39,582 bases of DNA from Enterobacter phage vB_EholP_HHH, in the sequence record PQ122694.1; one strand, 5' to 3'. The notes beneath the pieces are model-generated. The model worked only from the letters and a program-made list of their open reading frames with translations, did no database searches and was not told where the DNA came from. Position numbers and translations under genes: made by a program. Every line of letters begins with the position of its first letter. The stretch's first letter is position 1. Shown one piece after another: positions 26,042-35,900 of this stretch.

Positions 26042-26304
26042 CGACCTTTAAGGCCCTCTCTACAGAGGGTCCTACCTTAGAGACATACAGTTCTACGGTG
26101 GGAACCAGCTTGAAGGTTGACTTCCCTGAGCTTTCAGGCGTGAGCGATTGGTCGCTTCTTGAAGTGACTACGCCTGAGGGTGTTAGCTACTCCCGTAGAA
26201 CCAACAGTCTCTACTTCAAGGCCACCTCTGGCGTGGAAGGTCTGGTGATTGTTGGGTATGACGGTTCGCATGTGCGTTCCTTCAACGTATCTTTCACAAA
26301 CTAA
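24992..26304 (+). CDS. gp10B: Minor capsid protein 10B produced by programmed -1 ribosomal frameshift
   Basis: The slippery heptamer G_GTT_TTC at 26013-26019 is identical to the T7 gene 10 site. The -1 frame is open from there to the TAA at 26302-26304 and adds ~96 aa (…VDFPELSGVSDWSLLEVTTPEGVSY…), immediately before Tphi. Confidence 0.55.
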
Positions 26305-26308
26305 TTGA

Positions 26309-26347
26309 AACCCCTTGGGTGCCTTCGGGTGCTTGAGGGGTTTTTTG
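26309..26347 (+). terminator. Tphi late terminator homologue (rho-independent)
   Basis: aaccccttgggtgccttcgggtgcttgaggggttttttg (cf. T7 Tphi AACCCCTTGGGGCCTCTAAACGGGTCTTGAGGGGTTTTTTG). Confidence 0.9.
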
Positions 26348-26361
26348 CTTAAGGAGGGCCT

Positions 26362-26928
26362 ATGGCTCAATACATTCCACTGAATGCTAACGATGACTTA
26401 GACGCCATCAACGATATGTTAGCTGCTATCGGTGAACCAGCAGTCCTACAGCTTGACGAAGGCAACGCTGACGTCTCGAACGCACAGCGTATCCTGCATC
26501 GTATCAATCGTCAGGTCCAAGCTAAAGGCTGGAACTTTAATATCAACGAAGCTGCTGTCCTGACACCTGATGTCCAAGACAATAGGATTAGATTCCTGCC
26601 GTCATACCTTCGTGTAATGACCGCTGGGGCCACCAGCTACTACAGCAACATGGGTGGATACCTGTACGACCTGTCCACTCAGTCAACCACTTTCACCGAC
26701 CCTATCACGGTAGAGCTTGTGGAGATGAAGCCATTCTCTGAGATGCCTGTGGTCTTCAGGGACTACATCGTCACTAAAGCTAGCCGTGAGTTCAACGCTA
26801 AGTTCTTCGGTAGCCCAGAGTCAGAGCTATACCTTCGTGAGCAGGAAGCAGACCTCTATCAGCAGGTTATGGAGTACGAGATGGACACTGGTCGCTACAA
26901 CATGATGTCTGACATCGGGAGGGACTAA
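26362..26928 (+). CDS. gp11: Tail tubular protein A (T7 gp11-like)
   Basis: DAINDMLAAIGEPAV..L..G.A..ANAQRILHRINRQVQAKGWNFNI..; ..KPFSEMPVVFRDYIVTKASREFNAKFFGSPE is collinear with T7 gp11. Confidence 0.9.
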   Translation: MAQYIPLNANDDLDAINDMLAAIGEPAVLQLDEGNADVSNAQRILHRINRQVQAKGWNFNINEAAVLTPDVQDNRIRFLPSYLRVMTAGATSYYSNMGGYLYDLSTQSTTFTDPITVELVEMKPFSEMPVVFRDYIVTKASREFNAKFFGSPESELYLREQEADLYQQVMEYEMDTGRYNMMSDIGRD

Positions 26929-27155
26929 TGGCTAGTCACAACCTGAAGATTCACCGCCAGCACTTTGGTCCGGTACAGCTAGGTCTAAAGACAGCAGAGC
27001 TGAGACTTAACGACCGGGACTTTAAGGTTGGCGATTGGCTTATCCTGAATGAGTGGGACAACGGGTATACTGGACAACAGGTAGCGCGTAAGGTTGTCCA
27101 CATTGCTGACGTTGGTGACATCGCTGAAGGATACGTCCTAATGAGTATGATTTAA
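26928..27155 (+). CDS. ASCH / DUF3850-like small protein inserted between tail tubular genes
   Basis: 75 aa: HNLKIHRQHFGPVQLGLKTAELRLNDRDFKVGDWLILNEW fits the PUA-like ASCH/DUF3850 pattern (H.LKI....F..V..G.KT.E.R.NDRDF.VGD.LIL.EW). Start overlaps the gp11 stop (TAATG). Confidence 0.55.
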   Translation: MASHNLKIHRQHFGPVQLGLKTAELRLNDRDFKVGDWLILNEWDNGYTGQQVARKVVHIADVGDIAEGYVLMSMI

Positions 27156-27164
27156 GGAGGGCCT

Positions 27165-29522
27165 ATGCCACTAATTACTCAATCAATCAAGAACCTTAAA
27201 GGTGGCATTAGCCAACAGCCTGACATCCTGAGGTTCTCAGACCAAGGCGAGGCGCAGGTTAACTGCTGGTCATCCGAGAGCGATGGTCTCCAGAAGCGCC
27301 CACCTACAGTCTTCAAGAGACGTCTTAACATCGACGTTGGGAGTAACCCTAAGTTCCACCTGATTAACCGTGACGAGAATGAGCAGTATTACATCGTGTT
27401 CAATGGGTCAAACATTCAGGTAGTTGACTTGAGTGGTAATCAATACTCAGTGTCAGGTGCAGTAGACTACGTTAAGTCATCAAACCCACGAGATGACATC
27501 CGTGTCGTTACCGTGGCAGACTATACGTTCGTCGTTAACCGTAAGGTTGTCGTCAAAGGTGGGAGCGAGGAGTCACACTCTGGTTATAACCGCAAAGCAC
27601 GAGCTTTAATTAACCTGCGTGGTGGACAGTATGGTCGAACCCTTAAGGTGGGAATCAACGGTGGCGTTAAGGTCTCGCATAAGCTACCAGCAGGTAATGA
27701 TGCCGAGAATGACCCACCTAAGGTGGACGCTCAAGCCATTGGTGCAGCTCTGAGAGACCTTCTTGTTGCTGCCTATCCCACCTTCACGTTCGACCTTGGG
27801 TCTGGCTTCCTGCTAATCACAGCTCCTTCAGGGACCGACATTAACTCAGTGGAGACGGAGGATGGCTACGCTAACCAGCTAATAAGTCCAGTCCTAGACA
27901 CTGTGCAGACAATCTCTAAACTACCTCTTGCCGCTCCTAATGGGTATATCATTAAGATTCAAGGTGAGACAAACAGTAGCGCAGATGAATACTACGTGAT
28001 GTATGACTCCAACACTAAGACGTGGAAGGAGACAGTGGAGCCGGGAGTCGTCACTGGGTTCGATGTCACCACAATGCCACATGCTCTGGTAAGACAGTCT
28101 GATGGCTCCTTTGAGTTCAAGACTCTGGATTGGTCCAAGCGTGGTGCTGGTAACGATGACACAAACCCTATGCCTAGCTTCGTGGATGCTGCGATTAATG
28201 ATGTGTTCTTCTACAGGAACAGACTTGGGTTTTTGTCGGGTGAGAACGTAATCATGAGCCGTTCAGCCAGCTACTTTGCGTTCTTCCCTAGGAGTGTGGC
28301 GACATTGAGTGATGATGACCCTATTGATGTAGCTGTAAGTCACCCTCGAATCTCAATCCTTAAGTATGCCGTTCCGTTTAGCGAGCAGCTACTACTTTGG
28401 TCGGATGAGGTTCAGTTCGTGATGACAAGCTCTGGGGTACTTACCTCGAAGTCTATCCAGCTGGATGTAGGCTCAGAGTTTGCCTTAGGTGACAATGCCA
28501 GACCGTTCGCTGTAGGACGCTCAGTATTCTTCTCGGCTCCTCGTGGGTCATTCACCAGCATTAAGCGATACTTCGCTGTAGCTGATGTGTCTGATGTGAA
28601 GGATGCCGATGATACAACTGGTCACGTACTGTCCTACATCCCTAACGGGGTGTTTGATATTCAAGGTACAGGGACTGAGAACTACATCTGCGTCAACTCT
28701 ACAGGTGCATACAACAGAATCTACATCTACAAGTTCTTGTTTAAGGACGGCGTACAGCTTCAAGCCTCTTGGTCGCACTGGGAGTTCCCTAAAGCTGATA
28801 AGATTCTGGCGTCTGCGTCGATTGGCTCTACCATGTTCATTGTTCGTCAGCACCAAGGCGGTGTGGACCTTGAGCACCTTAAGTTCATCAAGGAGTCAAC
28901 TGACTTTCCATTAGAGCCGTATAGACTCCACGTTGACTCCAAGGTGTCTATGGTAATACCAATTGGCTCATACAACGATGACACCTATAAGACTACGGTT
29001 GACATTGGTGCTGCTTATGGGGGCAACGCTCCGTCTCCCGGCAGGTACTATCTGATTGACAGTCAGGGTGCTTATGTGGACCTTGGGGACTTGACCAGTA
29101 TCTCTACTGTGGTTATCCTCAACGGCGATTGGTCAGGACGCACAGTGTTCATCGGAAGGGCTTATCTGATGTCCTACAAGTTCTCACGGTTCCTGATTAA
29201 GATTGAAGACGATAGTGGTACTCAGTCTGAAGACACGGGTCGTCTACAGCTTCGTCGGGCTTGGGTAAACTACAAAGACACTGGCGCTCTGAGGCTCATT
29301 GTCAGAAATGGTGAGCGGGAGTTCGTGAATACTTTCAACGGATACACCCTTGGGCAGCAAACCATCGGGACTACAAACATTGGTGACGGGCAGTATCGCT
29401 TCGCTATGAATGGTAACGCATTAACCACGAGTCTAACCTTAGAGTCCGACTATCCTACCCCAGTGTCAATCGTTGGGTGTGGCTGGGAGGCGTCATACGC
29501 TAAGAAAGCTAGTTCCGTCTAA
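27165..29522 (+). CDS. gp12: Tail tubular protein B (T7 gp12-like)
   Basis: 785 aa (T7 gp12 is 794 aa) with SD TTAAGGAGGGCCTATG. N-terminus MPLITQSIKNLKGGISQQPDILRF is typical of gp12. Confidence 0.9.
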   Translation: MPLITQSIKNLKGGISQQPDILRFSDQGEAQVNCWSSESDGLQKRPPTVFKRRLNIDVGSNPKFHLINRDENEQYYIVFNGSNIQVVDLSGNQYSVSGAVDYVKSSNPRDDIRVVTVADYTFVVNRKVVVKGGSEESHSGYNRKARALINLRGGQYGRTLKVGINGGVKVSHKLPAGNDAENDPPKVDAQAIGAALRDLLVAAYPTFTFDLGSGFLLITAPSGTDINSVETEDGYANQLISPVLDTVQTISKLPLAAPNGYIIKIQGETNSSADEYYVMYDSNTKTWKETVEPGVVTGFDVTTMPHALVRQSDGSFEFKTLDWSKRGAGNDDTNPMPSFVDAAINDVFFYRNRLGFLSGENVIMSRSASYFAFFPRSVATLSDDDPIDVAVSHPRISILKYAVPFSEQLLLWSDEVQFVMTSSGVLTSKSIQLDVGSEFALGDNARPFAVGRSVFFSAPRGSFTSIKRYFAVADVSDVKDADDTTGHVLSYIPNGVFDIQGTGTENYICVNSTGAYNRIYIYKFLFKDGVQLQASWSHWEFPKADKILASASIGSTMFIVRQHQGGVDLEHLKFIKESTDFPLEPYRLHVDSKVSMVIPIGSYNDDTYKTTVDIGAAYGGNAPSPGRYYLIDSQGAYVDLGDLTSISTVVILNGDWSGRTVFIGRAYLMSYKFSRFLIKIEDDSGTQSEDTGRLQLRRAWVNYKDTGALRLIVRNGEREFVNTFNGYTLGQQTIGTTNIGDGQYRFAMNGNALTTSLTLESDYPTPVSIVGCGWEASYAKKASSV

Positions 29523-29529
29523 CTTGTTG

Positions 29530-29579
29530 AAGGGCCTATAGATTTACCTTAACTATCACTATAGGGACTATAGGCCCTT
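29530..29579 (+). promoter_or_regulatory. 12-bp inverted repeat enclosing the phi13 promoter (candidate R13 RNase III site)
   Basis: aagggcctatag (29530-29541) and ctataggccctt (29568-29579) are perfect reverse complements flanking the promoter core. Confidence 0.45.
29547..29569 (+). promoter_or_regulatory. Phage RNAP promoter (phi13-like)
   Basis: CCTTAACTATCACTATAGGGACT with +1 G at 29564. Confidence 0.7.
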
Positions 29580-29598
29580 AAGGTTATAAGGAGACTTT

Positions 29599-30069
29599 AT
29601 GTATATTCGCAAGGCTACGGAACCAGATGTCCACTACTTTCTGTGGCATCTTTCAGCAGATGATGTTAATGAATGCAAAGCAAACTACGGGTCAACCGTG
29701 GGTCTATCTGAAAGACTGCTTAAGCATTTATCCCCATCATCTGTGGTTTTAACGAACAGTGTAGGTGAAGTGTTTGCCTATGGCGGGAACCAAGGGGACA
29801 ACGTATGGTTCTTGACTTCAGGTCAGGTCTACAAGCTGAGACCTAAAGAGAAGCGAGAGTTCATAAAGCGTATCTCTGAGTACAGGGACTTAATGTTAGA
29901 CCAATACGGGACCATCTGGAACTACGTGTGGTCAGGCAATAAGTCTCACATTAAATTCTTGAAGTTGCTTGGGGCTAAGTTCCATGATGATTGGACTATC
30001 AGCCAGGTAACTGGTGAGCGTTTTCAATTATTCACTATCTCTAAGGAGGACGTATGTGTGAACCCGTAA
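29599..30069 (+). CDS. Internal virion protein gp13-like
   Basis: 156 aa with SD TAAGGAGACTTTATG. Sits between gp12 and gp14 as in T7. Confidence 0.6.
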   Translation: MYIRKATEPDVHYFLWHLSADDVNECKANYGSTVGLSERLLKHLSPSSVVLTNSVGEVFAYGGNQGDNVWFLTSGQVYKLRPKEKREFIKRISEYRDLMLDQYGTIWNYVWSGNKSHIKFLKLLGAKFHDDWTISQVTGERFQLFTISKEDVCVNP

Positions 30070-30641
30070 GTATCGGCATGGGTATCATGGCTGTAGCAGG
30101 GGCCACTATGTCCGCATCACAACAGGCCAAGGCCGAAGGTGCAGCAATTGATGCTCAGAACCGACAGGCTCAGGAGATGATTAAGCAGATGAACTACTCC
30201 GACGCCAACCTGAAGATGCAAGAGCGAGACCTTAAGGAACAGCAGGTCGCTGAGCTGACCGAGACGACTCTGAATGGTATCCGCAATCAGGGAATGGTCC
30301 GTGCAGCAGTGGCTGAGTCCGGTCTGGAAGGAAACTCCATGAACCGCATTGAGCGCTCAGTGGAAGGCGACACCGTGAAAGAACGTGCTGGCATCACCGA
30401 AAGTTACAACCGAGATTATGCGGCTATCTTCGGGAACCGTATTGCCAACATTGAGAACACCAAGTCTTCCATCAAGGGTCAGGACAAAATCATCAAGACC
30501 AGCCCTCTGGCCCACGCACTTAATGTCACCTCTGCTGGTATGCAGGGATACATGGCTGGGGAATCGCTGGCTGCGTCTAAGCCGTCTGGTGGTGCCGCCC
30601 CAATTAGTGCTGCTAAAGGCACACCTACAGGTCATAGCTAA
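30054..30641 (+). CDS. gp14: Internal virion protein A (T7 gp14-like)
   Basis: Starts MC.. like T7 gp14 (MCW..). 195 aa (T7 is 196 aa). Has a coiled-coil/Gln-rich middle. Confidence 0.8.
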   Translation: MCEPVSIGMGIMAVAGATMSASQQAKAEGAAIDAQNRQAQEMIKQMNYSDANLKMQERDLKEQQVAELTETTLNGIRNQGMVRAAVAESGLEGNSMNRIERSVEGDTVKERAGITESYNRDYAAIFGNRIANIENTKSSIKGQDKIIKTSPLAHALNVTSAGMQGYMAGESLAASKPSGGAAPISAAKGTPTGHS

Positions 30642-30652
30642 CAGGAGGACCA

Positions 30653-32935
30653 ATGGCTAGTAATATCGAATCAGCTTTAGCTAACCGGACCATGGGCCGT
30701 GGTCGAGCTCCGGGTAAAGCTATCAGTGTAGACTATCAGGCGGCGAACATTCAGGGGCAGACTGGTGAGTCCGGTCTTGCCCGTGCGCTCACTAACTTCG
30801 TTGAGTCGGGCACAGGTCTGTACAAGCAGTTCCAAGAGAAGTCCAAGAACCTTGGGGACGAGCGGTCTAACGAGATTATCCGTAAGCTGACTCCCCAGCA
30901 AAGGCGTGAGGCCATCCAGAATGGTACGCTACTGTATCAGGACGACCCGTATGCAATGGAGGCACTGAAGGTCAAGACTGGTCGAAACGCTGCCTATGCG
31001 GTAGACGATGAGATTAACGTCAAGATTCAGAACGGTGAGTTCCGCACCCGTCAGGAAATGGAGGAGTACCGCCACCAGCGACTTCAGGATGCCGCTAAGT
31101 CTTATGCTGACGAGGCTGGTATTAACCCCAATGATGAGCACTTCCAGCGTGGATTTAACGCAGACATCACGGACAGAAACGTAGCCATCTATGGGTCGTT
31201 CAATAAGTATTTCTCTAAGCAGTCAGAGAACACTGCTATGCTGAACACCCGTGTAGAGATGAACTCGTTCCTTAATGATGGGGACCTGATGCGCTCGCCT
31301 GAGGCAGGCAAGTCTTTCATGGCGTACCTTCGCGATGGGCTGACCACTGCTGCCATTCCGTCTGACCAAAGGGCTACTGAGGTTATCTCACAGACGGTAC
31401 GGGACGCAATCCAGAAGTCTGGTGGGGCTAACTTCCTACAGCAGATTCGACAAGAACGCATCACCCTTAACGGAGTGGACGCCACGGTCGAGGAGATTGT
31501 TGGACCAGAGGTCTTCAACGCTGCTGTGGTTGAGGCCCAAAGTACCGAGTACAAGCTGGTGGCTAAGTATCAGGAAGACCTAGCGTTGGGAGTTCAGTCA
31601 GCCCTGCTTCAGGATGACCCGACTATTGGTCTGGCTCAAATCCAGAAACTCAAGGCTCAGAACAACCAGCTCCAGCCGGGTGAGGAGATGACACCACAAC
31701 GTCAGATGCTCATTAATGCCGAGGCAAGCCTCTTAGAGTCCGTGAAGCGCAAGTCCGCTGAGCAGGCTAAGGAGAACACTAAGCTCATCCAGACGCAGAA
31801 TAAGCAGTTGGTCATCGACCAAGTGTATCAGCGACGACTGGCTGGGGACAACGTGTCTACCAACTATGAGGACCTCCCGGTATCCGAGGCCACTGGTGAG
31901 TTCAAGCGTTCGGACATGAACAACTACGCTATGGGCAAGCTACAGCAGATTGACCAGATGGATATACCTCAGGCTGCTAAAGATGCTCAGAAGGTGGCGC
32001 TGCTGCGAGCCGATACCAACAATGGCCCGTTCCGTAACGCCTTCCAGACGCTAACTCAGGATGCTGCTGGTGAGTGGCAAGCTGCTGTCATCCGTGGTCA
32101 ATACGACCCAGACAAGATGCAGCGCTTCGAGTCTCTGCGTAAGGTCTACACTCAGGACCCTTCCAGCTTCGCGGCCCTCTACCCCGATCAGGCCCAATTG
32201 TTCACGACTTTCGAGCAGATGGACAAGATGGGTCTGGACCCTCAGACTATGATTGACGCTGACAAACAGGCTGCAAGTCAGTCCCGTGAGATGCGAATTG
32301 AGTCTGACAAGGCGTGGCAGGAGCTGAAGAATGACTCGAAGAACAAGGACCTCTCGCGGCTCCCGACTAGTCTAGACGCAAGTGCTCGTAAGGTCTGGGA
32401 CTCATGGTACTACCGCACAGGTAACGCCGATGCAGCTACCCAGAATACACAGAAGTGGCTGAACGAGAACACCGTGACTTTCAGCGATGATGGTCAGGAC
32501 GGTAAGTCCATCGGCATGGTGTCAAAACATCAACTTATGGTCGGGGATAACCCTGAGTCTTGGCAGGTGGGTCGAGACATTATCGACACAGCTCGTAAGC
32601 AACTCATCAAGACCAACCCTTGGGTCGTGAACTCTCAGCTCTCTGTAGTTGAGCAGAACGGCTCGGTCTTCCTGCAAGACGCCACTGGGACCATTCGTAT
32701 TCGCTACGATAAGGAACTGGTGGGTAAACTGTACCGTGAACAGCAGAAACAAGCCGAGGATAAAGCCTACGCTGAAGCTGAACGTAAAGCCAACACTCGC
32801 GCTCGCATTGTCGAGACTAAAGCGGCTGGCGATAAACGTCGAGCGGAGCGCGAAGGTAACATCCAGAAACGCGGCGGTATGTACAGTGATGTCTCGCTGG
32901 AGGGTATCGCAAACACCTTAATCGGTAAGGAGTAA
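30653..32935 (+). CDS. gp15: Internal virion protein B (T7 gp15-like)
   Basis: 760 aa (T7 gp15 is 747 aa) with SD AACAGGAGGACCAATG. Largely helical. Confidence 0.85.
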   Translation: MASNIESALANRTMGRGRAPGKAISVDYQAANIQGQTGESGLARALTNFVESGTGLYKQFQEKSKNLGDERSNEIIRKLTPQQRREAIQNGTLLYQDDPYAMEALKVKTGRNAAYAVDDEINVKIQNGEFRTRQEMEEYRHQRLQDAAKSYADEAGINPNDEHFQRGFNADITDRNVAIYGSFNKYFSKQSENTAMLNTRVEMNSFLNDGDLMRSPEAGKSFMAYLRDGLTTAAIPSDQRATEVISQTVRDAIQKSGGANFLQQIRQERITLNGVDATVEEIVGPEVFNAAVVEAQSTEYKLVAKYQEDLALGVQSALLQDDPTIGLAQIQKLKAQNNQLQPGEEMTPQRQMLINAEASLLESVKRKSAEQAKENTKLIQTQNKQLVIDQVYQRRLAGDNVSTNYEDLPVSEATGEFKRSDMNNYAMGKLQQIDQMDIPQAAKDAQKVALLRADTNNGPFRNAFQTLTQDAAGEWQAAVIRGQYDPDKMQRFESLRKVYTQDPSSFAALYPDQAQLFTTFEQMDKMGLDPQTMIDADKQAASQSREMRIESDKAWQELKNDSKNKDLSRLPTSLDASARKVWDSWYYRTGNADAATQNTQKWLNENTVTFSDDGQDGKSIGMVSKHQLMVGDNPESWQVGRDIIDTARKQLIKTNPWVVNSQLSVVEQNGSVFLQDATGTIRIRYDKELVGKLYREQQKQAEDKAYAEAERKANTRARIVETKAAGDKRRAEREGNIQKRGGMYSDVSLEGIANTLIGKE

Positions 32936-32940
32936 TAACA

Positions 32941-35900
32941 ATGGCGACTCGTGGTATTCGCAACAATAACATCGGGAACATTCGTGTTTCCAAAGACCGG
33001 TGGGAAGGAGCTACAGGAGACGATGGGTCTTTCGTAACGTTCGACACTCCTGACTCTGGCGTCCGCGCTCTGGCGAAGAACCTGATGTCCTACGGTCGCC
33101 AAGGCTACGACTCAATCGAGAAGATTATCAACCGCTGGGCACCACCTAATGAGAACGACACTCAGTCCTACATCAACTCTGTTGTGGCTGCGACTGGTAT
33201 TCCAGCAACACAAAGTATCGACCTGACGAACCCTGATGTCCTCGCCTCTCTGTCTGAGGCTATCGGCTACCATGAGACTGGTTCCCGGTATGACCCTGAG
33301 GTCTACAAGCTCGGAGTCTCTCGCGCCTTGAGTGGGGCTGGTGGCATCACCCCAAAGACTCCACCAGTAAGCGCTAACGTCTTCGACGCTCTCACGGAGG
33401 GCTTGAAGGCTAAACCTAAAGTCGCTCTGGGAGAGAACCTTCCGGGCGTTACTGGTATGAACATCGAAGGTCAGGAACCTGAGGCTCCCAATGAGTCTTT
33501 CGGAGAGATGTTCTATAAGTCAACTGGCGAGACGCTGGACCAAAGAGCTGACCGCTCTACATGGTTCGGCTTCGGTGGAGCTGCTGAGGCTGAAGTGAAG
33601 AACTCTCTGGTGGGCGTGGCTGTCCGCGCTGGTCAGACCGAGGACTCGCTCGATGTCATTGGCGATGTGTTCAACCCTACCCGCTGGAACAACCACAAGT
33701 GGACCAGAGAGGAGCTAGACCAGATTCGTAACGCTGGGGTCCTGCCTCAGTATTATGGGGTCATCACTGGAGGTTCCCCTCAGAATCTGACTGAGCTGAT
33801 TAACTTGGCGCTGGAGAACCAGAAGTTAGACGCTGAGAAGTCTAAGTCCGGGACTGGCGCTCAACTGGCGGCGGGTGTGATTGGTGCTGGCGTGGACCCA
33901 CTGACCTATGTTCCTATTGCCGGACAGGTAGGTAAAGGCGGGAAGCTGGTCAACAAGATGTTCACAGTGGCTTCTCAGTCCGGTGCGCTGGCTGGTGTGT
34001 CCGAGATGGCCCGTACCTCAGTGGCTGGTGGTGATGCTCATGTGGCTGAAGCTATCCTTGGTGGTGCTCTCTTCGGTGGCGGTATGACTGCTATCGCTGA
34101 TGGGTTAGGCAGAGCCTTAGGTCGCAACACTAATGAGTTTGCTGGTCCAGCTACACGTCTGGAAGCTCGTGAGACCGCCCGTAACGTTGATGGTCAGGAC
34201 CTGTCTCGTCTCCCTATTCAGGAAGGTGATCAGACCTTTAGTCATCAAGGCGTTAAGTTCGCTGACGTTCCGAACGAGCCGGGTAGTGTACGACTGGAAG
34301 ATGGTTCAATCCTGATTGGTGAGAACCCTCTGAACCCTAAGACACGTCAAGTCTTCGACGAGGTGATTGAGCCTGAGCGTGCTGCTGCTGGTGTAAACCT
34401 TGGTGGACTTACCGAGATTGGCTTGAAGCTATTGAGGTCTGAGAACCCTGAGATTCGCGGACTTGCCGCTGACTTGGTGCGCTCGCCTACAGGCATGCAG
34501 TCAGGTGCGAGCGGGAAGATTGGGACTACAGCGTCAGACGTATTCGAGCGGCTTCGTGCAGTGGACCATCGGTTCTACAACGACATCGACGATGCGGTGA
34601 CTGAAGCCCTGAAAGACCCGTACTTCCAGACCAACTTCAACCGGGACACAGGGGCTTTCCGTCAGGACATCTACCAGCGTGTAGCTCTGGCTATCGAGGA
34701 CGGAAGTGGAAACCTGAAGTCTGAGCTGACTCCGGGAGAACTGAAGGTCTACGACCTACTGAAGAACCAGTTCGACGCTAAGCGTGAGATGATGGAGAAC
34801 CCTGCGATGTTCGGTCGGGTGGACGCTAAGTCTATCTTCCCCGGCAGCCGATTCAAGGGTACTTACGTCCCTCACGTTTATAGCAACCAGATGAAGCAAC
34901 TGTTCATCAAGGAGCTGGGAAGCCCTGAGGCGCTACAGGAGGCAATCAAGAAGTCGTGGCTCACCAGCTATGCGTCAAGACCTGAGGTCAAGGCCCGTGT
35001 CGATGAGGCCCTGATGGAAGCCGACCCTAACCTGACTCCAGAAGGACTTGCGGCGGCAGTAGATAAGTACGCCAACGATAAGGCTTACGGCATCTCCCAC
35101 ACAGAAACTTTTGAGCGCTCGTCGGTAATGGAAGAGAACATCAACGGTCTGGTGGGTCTGGAGAACAATAACTTCCTTGAGGCCCGTAACCTGTTTGATA
35201 GTGACATGTCTATCATCCTGCCAAACGGTCAGCCGTTCAGCGTGAACAGCCTCCGCGAGTGGGACATGGATAAGATTGTCCCGGCGTACAACCGTAGAGT
35301 CAATGGGGACATTGCTATCATGGCTGGGACCGGGAAGACCACGAAGGAGATGAAGGACGCCGTAGAGACCTTGATGAACCGTGCAGGTGATGACGGCAAG
35401 CTGAAGGGTGAAGTCTCAACACTGCGTGACACCCTGAAGATTCTGACTGGTCGTGCTCGACGTGATGGTGCAGACGATGCAGCCTTCTCTACTGTGATGC
35501 GCACCATGACCGACCTGTCCTTCTTCGCCAAGAACGCCTACATGGGTGTGCAGAACTTGACGGAGATTGGCGGCCTGCTGGCCCGTGGGAACGTCCGTGC
35601 GATGCTGCATGGTATTCCTATTTTCCGTGACCTAGCCTTCCGTAGTAAGAAGATGGGAGCCTCGGAGATTAAGGAATTGCATAACGTGGTCTTCGGTAAG
35701 GAACTTGATGACTCAATCCGTCCGTCCAAACAGGATGTCATCGACCGCCTGCGAGCGTACAGCGACCTGAGTAAACCAGTAGCTACCGCTTTAGGTTCTG
35801 CCAAGTATTACACTGGGGAACTTGCGGTCCGCTCTCCGTTTACTAAGGTCCTCAACGGTACGACAAACTACCTGCTGGATGCTGGACGTCAAGGCTTCCT

